Positions 47,208-55,892 of a stretch of 64,000 nt of DNA are shown here, piece after piece (within the stretch, counting starts at the first letter, position 1; each line of letters starts with the position of its first letter). This DNA comes from an uncultured Desulfobacterales bacterium (GTDB lineage: Bacteria > Desulfobacterota > DSM-4660 > Desulfatiglandales > HGW-15), in NCBI GenBank assembly GCA_964647905.1, contig CAZYJR010000020.1, positions 577 through 64,576 on the forward strand, read 5' to 3'. A program made the position numbers and the translations under genes. The notes under the pieces are model-generated. The model worked only from the letters and a program-made list of their open reading frames with translations. It ran no database searches and was not told where the DNA came from.

Positions 47208-47337
47208 ATGCGGCGCTCACTCCGTTCGCGACCTTGTCCTCGTCGCACGGAGCGCGCCTCGGAACAAGGCCGCTTTACCTGGCTCTGCGTCCGTCAAGCC
47301 TTCGGCTTTCCGCCCGTCTCGCAGGTGAGCGCCGCAT
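47208..47337. repeat. GC-rich imperfect palindromic element between TA modules (13-bp perfect terminal inverted repeat plus internal complementary blocks)
   Basis: ATGCGGCGCTCAC (47208-47220) is the exact reverse complement of GTGAGCGCCGCAT (47325-47337). CTTGTTCCG (47171-47179) is complementary to CGGAACAAG (47260-47268). The GC-rich block is embedded in AT-rich sequence. Confidence 0.6.
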
Positions 47338-47408
47338 TACCCAATAAACCACTTGACAACATGACCTCTAAAATGTGCACGTGAATGCACATTATAAGGA
47401 GATATGAT

Positions 47409-47642
47409 ATGAAAACTGTAACATTTACAGATTTTAGAAACAAGGCATCAAATTTTATTACTGAAGTTGAACATGGTGAAACTATAATCCTTTTAAGGCT
47501 ATGAAAGCCTATTGCTGAAGTAATTCCGTTTTCTGATAAATTACGATGGACTCCTTCATGGAAACGCCAAAACGTCAGCTTGCAAATTCAAGGAAGCGAC
47601 CTTTCATAAGCAATTATGGAAGAACGTGAGTCCGAGCAATGA
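47409..47642 (+). pseudogene. Phd/YefM-family antitoxin, disrupted (in-frame TGA at 47502-47504 plus a frameshift before the C-terminus)
   Basis: MKTVTFTDFRNKASNFITEVEHGETIILLRL-TGA-KPIAEVIPFSDK... has the typical YefM/Phd N-terminus. The terminal ..AIMEERESEQ-TGA, which overlaps the vapC ATG, is in a different frame. Confidence 0.65.
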
Positions 47643-47950
47643 AACTAATAACAGATTCATCTGCTCTATCAAAAAGATATGTACTTGAAGCCGGCAGTGA
47701 TAAAATAAATCAGTTTTTACAGAATGCCTCACAATTAGGTTTATGTACCATTTTAGTGTCTGAAATAATATCCGCTCTAAATCGGAGACGTCGAGAAAAG
47801 ATTTTAGCATCAAATGATTATCGGACAATAAAAAGACAATTGATGGAAGATGTCCATGATGCAGTCATGCTTCAAGGGACGCCTTCTGTTATTTCTCATT
47901 CAGTAAGACTTTTCCTGAGTTTTAGGTACCGCTGCCTCGGTAGGTTATAA
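47639..47950 (+). CDS. vapC: PIN-domain toxin VapC, probably 3'-truncated
   Basis: MKLITDSSALSKRYV..(Asp6)...ILVSEIISAL (Glu). At 103 aa the distal acidic PIN residues are missing. The reading frame ends 20 nt before the IS fragment. Confidence 0.6.
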   Translation: MKLITDSSALSKRYVLEAGSDKINQFLQNASQLGLCTILVSEIISALNRRRREKILASNDYRTIKRQLMEDVHDAVMLQGTPSVISHSVRLFLSFRYRCLGRL

Positions 47951-47969
47951 CTCCCTGCAACCATTGATA

Positions 47970-48582
47970 TTACTGGCTAGACAGCTGTAGAACCCAACTA
48001 TCCTTCACCTGATACCCGAATGTGGCGAGAATGCGGCTCTGGATTTCGCCGGGTTCTTCAATGGACATCTGATGTGAATCTGAATGCACTTGCCAGGTGA
48101 GGACGCTGAGGAGCTGCTCCATTTGTTCAACGGCCGTCCGTGCGCTGAGGCCGTCCCCAATTTGGAGCTCAAGGAGCCTGAGCGCGGTAAGGGCGAAGAC
48201 GCAGCAGAGGAGATGACAGCGGATCTTGCTGTCGGTCCAGTGAAACAGAGGCTTGACCCGGAGCTGGGATCTGCTCACCTGGAACTGCCTCTCGATGGAG
48301 GCTCGGTCAAGGGACGCCTGTACGACCTCCTCCGTAGTCCGGTGGTGCTTGTCTGTCACGATGATATTCTTTTTTATTGAAGAACCTCCTGGCGATCTCC
48401 TCGATCTGGTCTTTGGAGACGCGTTCCCATTTCTCCCAGTACCTCTCGGAGCTCAAGGCCTTTATGTCCACCGGTCGGATCTGCTCGATGGCCGTACTCC
48501 TGTACCAGGCCTCCAGGGCCCGTTTGCTCCAGGGCTCGACCATTCGGTTGGCCCAGGTACTTGAGATCATCCCCGGCGTCAA
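47970..48582 (-). pseudogene. IS1634/IS4-like transposase remnants (two overlapping out-of-frame fragments)
   Basis: ORF 47970..48359 (..LFHWTDSKIRCHLLCCVFALTALRLLE...EIQSRILATFGY..) and ORF 48307..48582 are in different frames. The C-terminal ..E.Q.RIL...G.. tail also occurs in the intact transposase at 59505..61199 (NELQRDILSILDV) and in the fragment at 58062..58313 (SELQDRILAILGL). Confidence 0.6.
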
Positions 48583-48626
48583 AAATTGGTTGACTGGTGT
48601 TTACGAATAGTATACTTATCAAAGCA

Positions 48627-49208
48627 ATGGACCTTGATGAACAGGTGATCGTTGAGAGAATTAAGGCTTTCCGCCTGCAGCAGGGGCTGACGCTGGACCA
48701 GCTCGCCGAGCTCTCGGGTCTTACCAAGGGCTATCTGTCACGCATCGAGAACTCGGACAAATCGCCCCCTTTTTCCACGCTGGCAAAGCTTGCGTCGGCC
48801 CTGAACACCGACATCATCTCTTTTTTTGCCGATGAAAACGGAGGGGCCGAGGATGTCAATATCAACATCGATATCGTCCGCTCGGAGAGCTCGAGAAAGG
48901 TCAATCGCAGGATAGCTCCCGAGGCCTACGTATACGAGTCCCTCGCCTATCGAATGCGCGGCAAGAACATGGAGCCCATGCTGGTCGTCCTCGAGAAGGA
49001 CGCCCCTGTGACCAAGTTCCATCATGAGGGAGAGGAATTCATCTACATCCTGGAAGGGACCCTGGAGTTCCGGTTCGAGAGTAAGACCTACATACTGGAG
49101 CCGGGGGACTCTGCCTACTTCAACTCGGGCATAGAGCACTCGGGCCGAAGCCTTGGAGACGGGCCCGCCAAGTTCCTGTGTGTAATCTATTCCTACAGGC
49201 GGGGGTAA
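48627..49208 (+). CDS. XRE-family HTH transcriptional regulator with a C-terminal cupin sensor domain
   Basis: HTH LTLDQLAELSGLTKGYLSRIENSDKSPPFSTLAKLASAL. Cupin HHEGEEFIYILEGTLEF...GDSAYFNSGIEHSG. The start is probably the Met at 48627. Confidence 0.85.
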   Translation: MDLDEQVIVERIKAFRLQQGLTLDQLAELSGLTKGYLSRIENSDKSPPFSTLAKLASALNTDIISFFADENGGAEDVNINIDIVRSESSRKVNRRIAPEAYVYESLAYRMRGKNMEPMLVVLEKDAPVTKFHHEGEEFIYILEGTLEFRFESKTYILEPGDSAYFNSGIEHSGRSLGDGPAKFLCVIYSYRRG

Positions 49209-49260
49209 TTTTTTTTGCCCGGCGGGTTTACAAATTGTAAACAAACCGGAGGTGATCAAA

Positions 49261-50184
49261 ATGGACAAGCTCATCATCACGGCGGCCATCACCGGGGGGG
49301 CGTCTCCGGATTCGAATCCCTATCTTCCCAAGACGCCCAGGGAGCAGATAGAGGCCACTGTCGAGGCCTGGGAGGCGGGCGCATCGGTGGTTCACCTTCA
49401 TCCCAGGAACCCCGAGACAGGGAAGGGCGAGAACAAGGCCGAGTGGTATGCCGAGGCTGTCCGGGGCATAAAGGAGCGCTGCGACATAATCGTGAACGTC
49501 TCCACCGGCGGGGGCACCGGGAGACGGGTAGACGGGGACTGGCTGTACAAGGAGATACCGGAAGAGTCGGTCAAGGGCCGGATAGGCGTCATCCCAAAGC
49601 TCGCCCAGGACCCCATGACAAAACCCGACATCGCGTCTTTCAATGCCGGATCCCCGGTCATCGACATCTACAATAAGAAGAGCCGGGAGTTCCTGCTCAA
49701 GTTCGTCATGGTGCAGAGCTTTCCGGACATGGTCCACATGGCCGAGGTGATGAAGGAGCGCGGCGTCAAGCCCGAGCTCGAGTGCTACGATACGAGCATG
49801 ATCAATAACTGTAAGGTGCTGGCCGAGCTCGGTTATCTCGAGGAGCCGCTGTACTTCCAGTGCGTCCTGGGCGTGTTGGGCCAGATACCGGCGAGCGTGG
49901 ACAACCTCAATCACATGGTCCGGAACATCCCCGAGGGCACACCCTGGTCGGTCTGCGCGGTCGGTTTGAACGAGTTCCCCATGACCACAGTAGGCATGAT
50001 CATGGGGGGACACGTCCGTGTCGGGTTCGAGGACAATATCTACATCTCCAAGGGAGTTCAGGCAAGGAGCAATGCTGAGCTGGTGGAGAAGGTGGCGCGG
50101 ATCGCCAAAGAGCTGGACCGCGAGATTGCCACGCCAGCGGAGGCAAGGTTCCTCCTTGGACTTCCACCGAAGGGGCCCACTTGA
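49261..50184 (+). CDS. BKACE-family enzyme (3-keto-5-aminohexanoate cleavage enzyme family, DUF849)
   Basis: The ATG at 49261 follows GGAGGTG. MDKLIITAAITGG, VHLHPRNPETG, ELECYD, GGHVRVGFEDN are classic BKACE TIM-barrel motifs. Confidence 0.85.
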   Translation: MDKLIITAAITGGASPDSNPYLPKTPREQIEATVEAWEAGASVVHLHPRNPETGKGENKAEWYAEAVRGIKERCDIIVNVSTGGGTGRRVDGDWLYKEIPEESVKGRIGVIPKLAQDPMTKPDIASFNAGSPVIDIYNKKSREFLLKFVMVQSFPDMVHMAEVMKERGVKPELECYDTSMINNCKVLAELGYLEEPLYFQCVLGVLGQIPASVDNLNHMVRNIPEGTPWSVCAVGLNEFPMTTVGMIMGGHVRVGFEDNIYISKGVQARSNAELVEKVARIAKELDREIATPAEARFLLGLPPKGPT

Positions 50185-50197
50185 TCGGGGGGATGTC

Positions 50198-50947
50198 ATG
50201 GAGGACTCCATTCTCGTTGAAGCCCGGGATATCTGTAAGAATTTCGGAGGGCTTCATGTGCTCACGGATGTGAACCTGGAGGTGAAGAAGTCCAGCATTC
50301 ATTCCATTATTGGACCCAATGGGGCCGGGAAGACCACACTCTTCAACCTACTCACTGGCGTTTACCCAGTCTCGAGTGGCGTGTTCCTATTCAAGGGAGA
50401 GGACATCACGAACCTCCCTGCCTACCGGATCTCCAGAAAAGGCATAGCGAGGTCCTTCCAGATTACGAGCATCTTCCCCGAGCTCTCCGTGTACGAGAAC
50501 ATAAGGGTGGCAGCACAGAACACGGCTCATGGCTCGGCCAACTTTCTCATGCCCTATACCCGGCTAGGGCACGCGCTGGAAAAGGCGGATGAGGTCGTGG
50601 AGATGATAGGGCTCGAAAAAAAGAGATCCCTTGTTTCGCGGAACCTCTCTTACGGCGAGAAGCGGATCCTCGACATAGGCATCTCCCTTGCCACAGAGCC
50701 CGAGCTGATCCTGCTGGACGAGCCCATGGCCGGACTGCAGTCCGCGGACATGCAGTGGATGATGAAGCTGGTGGAGAGGATCTCCTCCAGGCTCACAGTG
50801 ATCCTCATCGACCACAATATCGATCTGGTGGTGGCCCTTTCAGACAGGATCACGGTCCTGAACCAGGGGCTGGTAATCGCCGACGGCAGGCCGGCGGAGA
50901 TCCAGGACAATGAAAAGGTTCAGCAGGCTTACCTGGGAGGATACTGA
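50198..50947 (+). CDS. Branched-chain-amino-acid-type (HAAT/Liv) ABC transporter ATP-binding protein, LivG-like
   Basis: GPNGAGKTTLFNLLTG, LSYGEKRILDIGISLATEPELILLDEPMAG. The start is reassigned to the ATG at 50198. Confidence 0.9.
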   Translation: MEDSILVEARDICKNFGGLHVLTDVNLEVKKSSIHSIIGPNGAGKTTLFNLLTGVYPVSSGVFLFKGEDITNLPAYRISRKGIARSFQITSIFPELSVYENIRVAAQNTAHGSANFLMPYTRLGHALEKADEVVEMIGLEKKRSLVSRNLSYGEKRILDIGISLATEPELILLDEPMAGLQSADMQWMMKLVERISSRLTVILIDHNIDLVVALSDRITVLNQGLVIADGRPAEIQDNEKVQQAYLGGY

Positions 50948-50949
50948 CC

Positions 50950-51645
50950 ATGCTGACCCTCAGGGACATCAACAGCTACTATGACGAAAGCCACATACTC
51001 AAGAGTCTTTCCATGGAGATCGGCCGGGGGGAGACCGTGACGCTCCTGGGCAGAAACGGGGCGGGCAAGACTACCACGGTCAAGACTATAATGGGCCTGG
51101 TTACCCCCAGGTCCGGCTCGGTCATCCTCCAGGGCAGGGATGTGACAGGGCTAAGTCCCCACAAGATCGCCAAGCGCGGGGTGGGCTACGTGCCCGAGGA
51201 GCGGGGCATCTTTCCCAGCCTGACGGTGCTTGAGAACCTCTCACTCCCGGTCTGGGGCCGGGGGGAGGAAGGCTGGCCTCTCGAAAAAATCTACGAGGTC
51301 TTCCCAGTGCTTGAGACGCGTCGCGGGCACCGGGGTTCCAAGCTCAGCGGGGGCGAGCAGCAGATGCTGGCCATCGCCAGGATACTGCACGCCCGGATAG
51401 AGCTGATCCTGCTGGATGAGCCCACCGAGGGCCTGGCACCACTCCTGGTACGCGCCATAGGCTCCATTATCGGCGAGATAAAGGAAAGCGGCCTCACCGT
51501 GCTGCTCATTGAGCAGAACACCAGGTTCGCGTCCAGGGTGGCGAACCGCCACAACATCCTCTACGGGGGCGGCATCGTCTACAGCGACACCAATGAGGCC
51601 TTCTGTAGCGCACACGATGTACAGAAGGGGTACCTGGGTGTCTGA
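50950..51645 (+). CDS. HAAT/Liv-type ABC transporter ATP-binding protein, LivF-like
   Basis: GRNGAGKTTTVKTIMG, LSGGEQQMLAIARILHARIELILLDEP. Confidence 0.9.
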   Translation: MLTLRDINSYYDESHILKSLSMEIGRGETVTLLGRNGAGKTTTVKTIMGLVTPRSGSVILQGRDVTGLSPHKIAKRGVGYVPEERGIFPSLTVLENLSLPVWGRGEEGWPLEKIYEVFPVLETRRGHRGSKLSGGEQQMLAIARILHARIELILLDEPTEGLAPLLVRAIGSIIGEIKESGLTVLLIEQNTRFASRVANRHNILYGGGIVYSDTNEAFCSAHDVQKGYLGV

Positions 51646-51761
51646 TCGAGGAGATCGCATCACCCAGCAGGTCTCGGAGAGGAGGTGAGACAGGGAAAAG
51701 GCCAGTCCGCGCAGTATGCGTAACCACGGAAAGAGATCACCAGCAACAAAGGAGGAATCCC

Positions 51762-52961
51762 ATGTTCAAGAAAACCATGATAGGAGCCGTAAGTATTCTT
51801 GTGCTCGTGACAGCGACGGCCGTTCCCGCCTTCTCCGCGGATACGGTCAAGGTGGGCCTCGTGAGCGTTCTCTCCGGACCGCTTGCTGTCATAGGCAATG
51901 GTGAGAAGTGGTCCGCCGAGATGGCCATCGAGGACTACGGGACAGTGCTGGGCAAGAAGATCGAGCTCATCGCCAGGGACCACGCCTACAACCCGGGCGT
52001 TGCCAATGAGAAGGCAAAGGAGCTTTACGAGAAGGAAGACGTGGATGTCATTGTTGCATGTCCCAACAGTGCCGCGGCCCTGGCCGTAGCGGAGCAGGCC
52101 CGGCTTCACAAGAAGCCCTTCATCTCCACCTCCGCCGGGACCACCGACCTCATAGGGAAGAAGTGCAACAAGTACGTCATCAAGTGGAACTACAACGACT
52201 ACATGCTTGCCACGACGGTCGGGCTCTGGGGGGCCGACAACCTGGGAAAGCGATGGTACACCATCACCTCCGACTACGCTTGGGGTCACGATCTCCTCAA
52301 GCATTTCACGGCTGCGCTGAAGGAGAAGGGAGGCGTCCACGTGGGCAACGATATGGTGGCCCTCGGGACCTCGGACTACAGCCCCTACATTCTCAACGCA
52401 ATGAACGCCGACCCGGACGTCCTGGTCCTGCTGAACGTGGGGAAGGACGCCGTCAACTCTGCAAAGGCGGCCATGGAGTATGGCCTGAAGAAGAAGGCCA
52501 AGATAGTGCACGCTCTCCTTTTCGAGCCCAACATCAAGGGGGCCGGCCCAGAGGTCTTTGCGGACAACTACGTGGCCGCATCCTGGAACTGGAAGGTGGA
52601 CTACCCCGGGGCGCGGGAGTATGCGGACAAGTACTTCGAGCGGCACGGCGAGCGTCCACATTTCATGGCAGCGGCTGTCTACAGCGCCACCTGGCAGTAT
52701 CTGGAGGCCGTGAAGCGGGCTGGGAGCACGGATCCGGACAAGATCATAGCGGCCCTGGAAGGGCACACCTTCAGGGATATGTTCGCCGATCCCGGGTACA
52801 TCAGGCCCGGAGACCACATGCAGGTGGGCAAGGCCCTGCTTCTGCGGGCCAAACGTCCGGATGAGATAACCGAGCAGGACGATTACTTCGAGATTGTGGG
52901 CACCCTCCCGCCCGAAGAGGCCTTCGGTGAGGAAGGGCAGTTCGGCTGCGACCTCGAGTAG
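51762..52961 (+). CDS. HAAT/Liv-type ABC transporter periplasmic substrate-binding protein
   Basis: Signal peptide MFKKTMIGAVSILVLVTATAVPAFSA, then DTVKVGLVSVLSGPLAVIG (type I PBP, LivK-like), 399 aa. Confidence 0.9.
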   Translation: MFKKTMIGAVSILVLVTATAVPAFSADTVKVGLVSVLSGPLAVIGNGEKWSAEMAIEDYGTVLGKKIELIARDHAYNPGVANEKAKELYEKEDVDVIVACPNSAAALAVAEQARLHKKPFISTSAGTTDLIGKKCNKYVIKWNYNDYMLATTVGLWGADNLGKRWYTITSDYAWGHDLLKHFTAALKEKGGVHVGNDMVALGTSDYSPYILNAMNADPDVLVLLNVGKDAVNSAKAAMEYGLKKKAKIVHALLFEPNIKGAGPEVFADNYVAASWNWKVDYPGAREYADKYFERHGERPHFMAAAVYSATWQYLEAVKRAGSTDPDKIIAALEGHTFRDMFADPGYIRPGDHMQVGKALLLRAKRPDEITEQDDYFEIVGTLPPEEAFGEEGQFGCDLE

Positions 52962-52974
52962 CCGTCATATGAGC

Positions 52975-53007
52975 CGGAAGGAGAGAGGGCGCGCCCCTCT
53001 CCTTCCG
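52975..53007 (+). terminator. Strong intercistronic stem-loop immediately after the substrate-binding-protein gene (partial terminator / mRNA stabiliser)
   Basis: CGGAAGGAGAG(A)GGG-CGCG-CCCCTCTCCTTCCG forms a 14-bp stem with one bulged A and a CGCG tetraloop. It starts 14 nt after the stop. No T-tract follows. Confidence 0.55.
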
Positions 53008-53045
53008 ACAACAAAGAGAACCCTTCACTTGCAGGGCCCCATAAC

Positions 53046-53924
53046 ATGACTGCTCAGTTTCTGTTTATGCAGCTCTTCAACGGGCTGATTATGGGTTCCA
53101 TCTATGTCCTCCTCTCCCTAGGGCTGACGATCATATTCGGAACCCTGGGGGTGGTCAACTTCGCCCACGGCGCGCTTTACATGCTGGGAGCCTACGCGGC
53201 CTACACCGCAGTAAGCCTCCTGGGGCTCCCCTTTTTCGCAGCCATCATCTTGTGCCCCGTCCTGGTGGGCGTTATCGGCATAATACTGGAAAAGACCCTT
53301 GTGAGTAAGCTCTACGACCTGCCCCATTTCTACAACCTGCTTTTGACCTTCGGCATTATGTTCGCCATACAGGACGGAATCAAGATCATTTACGGGCCCG
53401 AGGGGGAGCCTTTCAACATCCCTGACGCCCTTTCCGGCGCCGTGAACCTAGGGTTCATGTACTACCCCAAGTACCGCCTTTTCATCATCGTCCTGACCGC
53501 AGCGCTGGCATTCGGGGTATGGTTCTTCATCGCCAGGACCAAGCTCGGGGCTATTATCCGCGCAGGGACCGACAACAGCGAGATGGTCAGCTCCCTCGGC
53601 ATAAACATCTCCAGAACGTTTACCCTGGTGTTCGGGTTGGGGGCGGTGCTATCAGGGCTTGCCGGTGTTCTCTCAGCACCGCTCCAGAACGTGCAGCCCC
53701 TCATGGGAATGGACATCCTCGTCGAGACCTTTGTAGTGGTCATCATAGGCGGAATGGGGAGCATAGGCGGCTCCATCCTGGCGGGCCTGATCATAGGGGA
53801 GCTGGTGACCCTGGGGATCATTTTCTGGCCGCCCATGGCCAACACCCTCATATATGCTTTCATGGCCTTTATTCTCATCATCCGGCCGCGTGGTCTTTTC
53901 GGCCGTGCCGAGTTCTTCGAGTAG
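53046..53924 (+). CDS. HAAT/Liv-type ABC transporter permease, LivH-like
   Basis: 292 aa polytopic protein: LFNGLIMGSIYVLLSLGLTIIFGTLGVVNFAHGALYMLGAY. Confidence 0.9.
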   Translation: MTAQFLFMQLFNGLIMGSIYVLLSLGLTIIFGTLGVVNFAHGALYMLGAYAAYTAVSLLGLPFFAAIILCPVLVGVIGIILEKTLVSKLYDLPHFYNLLLTFGIMFAIQDGIKIIYGPEGEPFNIPDALSGAVNLGFMYYPKYRLFIIVLTAALAFGVWFFIARTKLGAIIRAGTDNSEMVSSLGINISRTFTLVFGLGAVLSGLAGVLSAPLQNVQPLMGMDILVETFVVVIIGGMGSIGGSILAGLIIGELVTLGIIFWPPMANTLIYAFMAFILIIRPRGLFGRAEFFE

Positions 53925-53939
53925 ACGAGGCGAGCACAA

Positions 53940-54866
53940 ATGGAAAAGAGAAGCCCGCATCTGTATTGGATGGCACCGGCCGCAGCGATACTGCTCCTGG
54001 CACTGCCCTTTATCACGCCCTACAAGGCGCTTGCCAGCCAGATGCTCATCTTCGCCATCTTCGCCATAGGGTATGACATCTGTTTCGGCTACACAGGCCT
54101 TCTCTCCTTCGGGCACGCGGCCTTTTTCGGTCTTGGAGCCTACGCCACCGGGCTCAGCCTGATCCATCTGGCCGTACCCGCGCCTGTGGGCCTTGTGTTC
54201 GGCATCCTGGTGAGCGTAGCTGCGTCCTTTGTCATAGGCCTCTTTTCGATCCGCCGGCACGGGATCTACTTTGCCATGGTCACGCTGGCCTTCGGCCAAA
54301 TGGTCTATTTCATCGCATTCAAGTGGCGGGCGGTTACAGGGGGAGACGACGGCCTGCACGGTGTCCCGAGACCGGCCCTGGGGCCGATCGACTTCACGTC
54401 CGAACTCGTCCTCTACTACTTCATCCTGCTCTGCTTCGTCCTGGCGCTCCTTTTCGGAATTCGGATCATTAACTCGCCGTTCGGAAAGACCCTGGAATGC
54501 CTCAGGGAGAACGAAGCCAGGGCCAAGAACATCGGTTACAACCCCAGGTTCTTCAAGCTCACCTCGTTTATGCTCTCAGCCTCGTTTGCTGGCCTTGCAG
54601 GAGGGCTCTACGCCCTGCTCCAGAACTTCGTGCCCCTGTTTGCGCTGCACCTCGACACCTCCGGCGACATAGTCCTGATGACCCTCATAGGCGGCATGGG
54701 GACGCTCTACGGCCCCATTATGGGGGCCATGGGGCTGGTCTATATGAAAGACCTCCTGAGCTCCCATACTAACGTCTGGCCTCTGATACTGGGGCTTCTG
54801 TATGTGGTATCGGTCATGGTCTTCAGGAAGGGGATCTTCAGGGCATTGAAGAACAGGATCATGTAG
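53940..54866 (+). CDS. HAAT/Liv-type ABC transporter permease, LivM-like
   Basis: 308 aa polytopic protein: FAIGYDICFGYTGLLSFGHAAFFGLGAY. Confidence 0.9.
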   Translation: MEKRSPHLYWMAPAAAILLLALPFITPYKALASQMLIFAIFAIGYDICFGYTGLLSFGHAAFFGLGAYATGLSLIHLAVPAPVGLVFGILVSVAASFVIGLFSIRRHGIYFAMVTLAFGQMVYFIAFKWRAVTGGDDGLHGVPRPALGPIDFTSELVLYYFILLCFVLALLFGIRIINSPFGKTLECLRENEARAKNIGYNPRFFKLTSFMLSASFAGLAGGLYALLQNFVPLFALHLDTSGDIVLMTLIGGMGTLYGPIMGAMGLVYMKDLLSSHTNVWPLILGLLYVVSVMVFRKGIFRALKNRIM

Positions 54867-54944
54867 GGGGGCGGTGTCTTAATCCCGCCGCGCCTGCTTT
54901 CACGGCAAACGCTCACCGGAACACAAGATAGGGAGGTTCTGTAC

Positions 54945-55892
54945 ATGTCCATACTCATTACCGGAGGATGCGGCTTCATCGGCGTGAACCTGGCGCGCGT
55001 CTATCTGGATAAGGGCGAGAAGGTGGTCATCCTCGATTCCGCGCCCGAGGAATGGCTCCCCCACGATCTCAGGGGCCAGGCGCGCTACATTCAGGGGGAC
55101 ATCACCAACTGGGTGGAGGTGGTGGACGCGGTCAAGGACAACCAGGTCAGGGACATATTCCATCTGGCGGGCATTCTTTCGGCCCCCTCCGAGGCCAACC
55201 CCTCCCGTTCCTACCGCGTAAACGTGGAAGGAACCTTTCACGTCATGGAGGCGGCCAGGATTTGCGACGTCAAAAAGGTTCTCTTTTCGAGCTCCATGGG
55301 GGTTTACGGCGTTTCGCGAGATCAGGTGGTCACCGACGACACCATCCAGCAGCCTAACATCATGTACGGCGTCACCAAGGCCTTTGACGAGCTCCTGGGC
55401 AGGTACTACTCCCTGCGCTACGGGATCGACTTTCGCGGCATCCGGTTCCCCCAGCTGGTAGGTCCGGGCGTCCGCTCGGGCGGGTTCGGCCAGTACAACC
55501 CCGGGATGATCGAGGCGGCCGCGGCCGGCAGGCCTTACGAGGTCTGGGTGCCCGAGGAGACCGTTGTTCCACTTCTCTACATCAAGGATGCGGTCCGGAG
55601 CCTGGAGCTCCTCTATGAGGCCGATCCCTCCGGCATCAAGACCCGGAGCTATAACCTGGGACAGATCACCCCCTCACCCACGGCCCGCAAACTGGCCGAC
55701 ATCGTAAAGAGGTATGTGCCCGGGGCGGAGATCACATTCAAGCCGGACCCCCGCGCCGTGGAGGTGATCCAGTCCATCCCCGCCACGATCGACGGGAGCA
55801 ATGCCAGCAAGGAGTGGGGCTGGCATATCCTCTACAGTGCCGAAGACATGGTCAGGGATTTTCTGGACGAGCTGAAACGGGGAAAATCGTGA
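54945..55892 (+). CDS. NAD-dependent epimerase/dehydratase-family (extended SDR) protein
   Basis: MSILITGGCGFIGVNLA Rossmann motif and the catalytic YGVTK (YxxxK). Confidence 0.85.
   Translation: MSILITGGCGFIGVNLARVYLDKGEKVVILDSAPEEWLPHDLRGQARYIQGDITNWVEVVDAVKDNQVRDIFHLAGILSAPSEANPSRSYRVNVEGTFHVMEAARICDVKKVLFSSSMGVYGVSRDQVVTDDTIQQPNIMYGVTKAFDELLGRYYSLRYGIDFRGIRFPQLVGPGVRSGGFGQYNPGMIEAAAAGRPYEVWVPEETVVPLLYIKDAVRSLELLYEADPSGIKTRSYNLGQITPSPTARKLADIVKRYVPGAEITFKPDPRAVEVIQSIPATIDGSNASKEWGWHILYSAEDMVRDFLDELKRGKS

Larger units (their letters stand above)
46190..48582. mobile_element. Degraded mobile/accessory islet: integrase remnant, TA modules, IS1634-like transposase fragments
   Basis: The region is visibly AT-richer than the flanks from ~46.56 kb. 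Its contents are listed as separate features. No intact recombinase is present. Confidence 0.6.

Noticed and set aside
47145-47384. A 79 aa ORF across the GC-rich palindromic element
   Set aside because: The product is rich in Arg/Ser/Pro and there is no RBS. The sequence is better explained as a structured or repeat element.
47098-47408. A canonical integron attC site after brnA
   Set aside because: I looked for RYYYAAC ... GTTRRRY cores. Only imperfect matches are present (GTGTCAAC on the left, CTTGACAAC on the right, which are not inverse cores). The attC call is not supported without a covariance-model scan.
47502-47504. The in-frame TGA in the phd/yefM antitoxin as a possible selenocysteine codon
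   Set aside because: Antitoxins are not a selenoprotein family. The position is not a conserved Cys. A frameshift also disrupts the same gene and no hairpin follows, so this is a pseudogene lesion.
51660-52817. A 385 aa ORF on the minus strand
   Set aside because: It is antisense to the ABC substrate-binding-protein gene, which has a signal peptide and PBP motifs. No motifs are recognisable in the antisense product.
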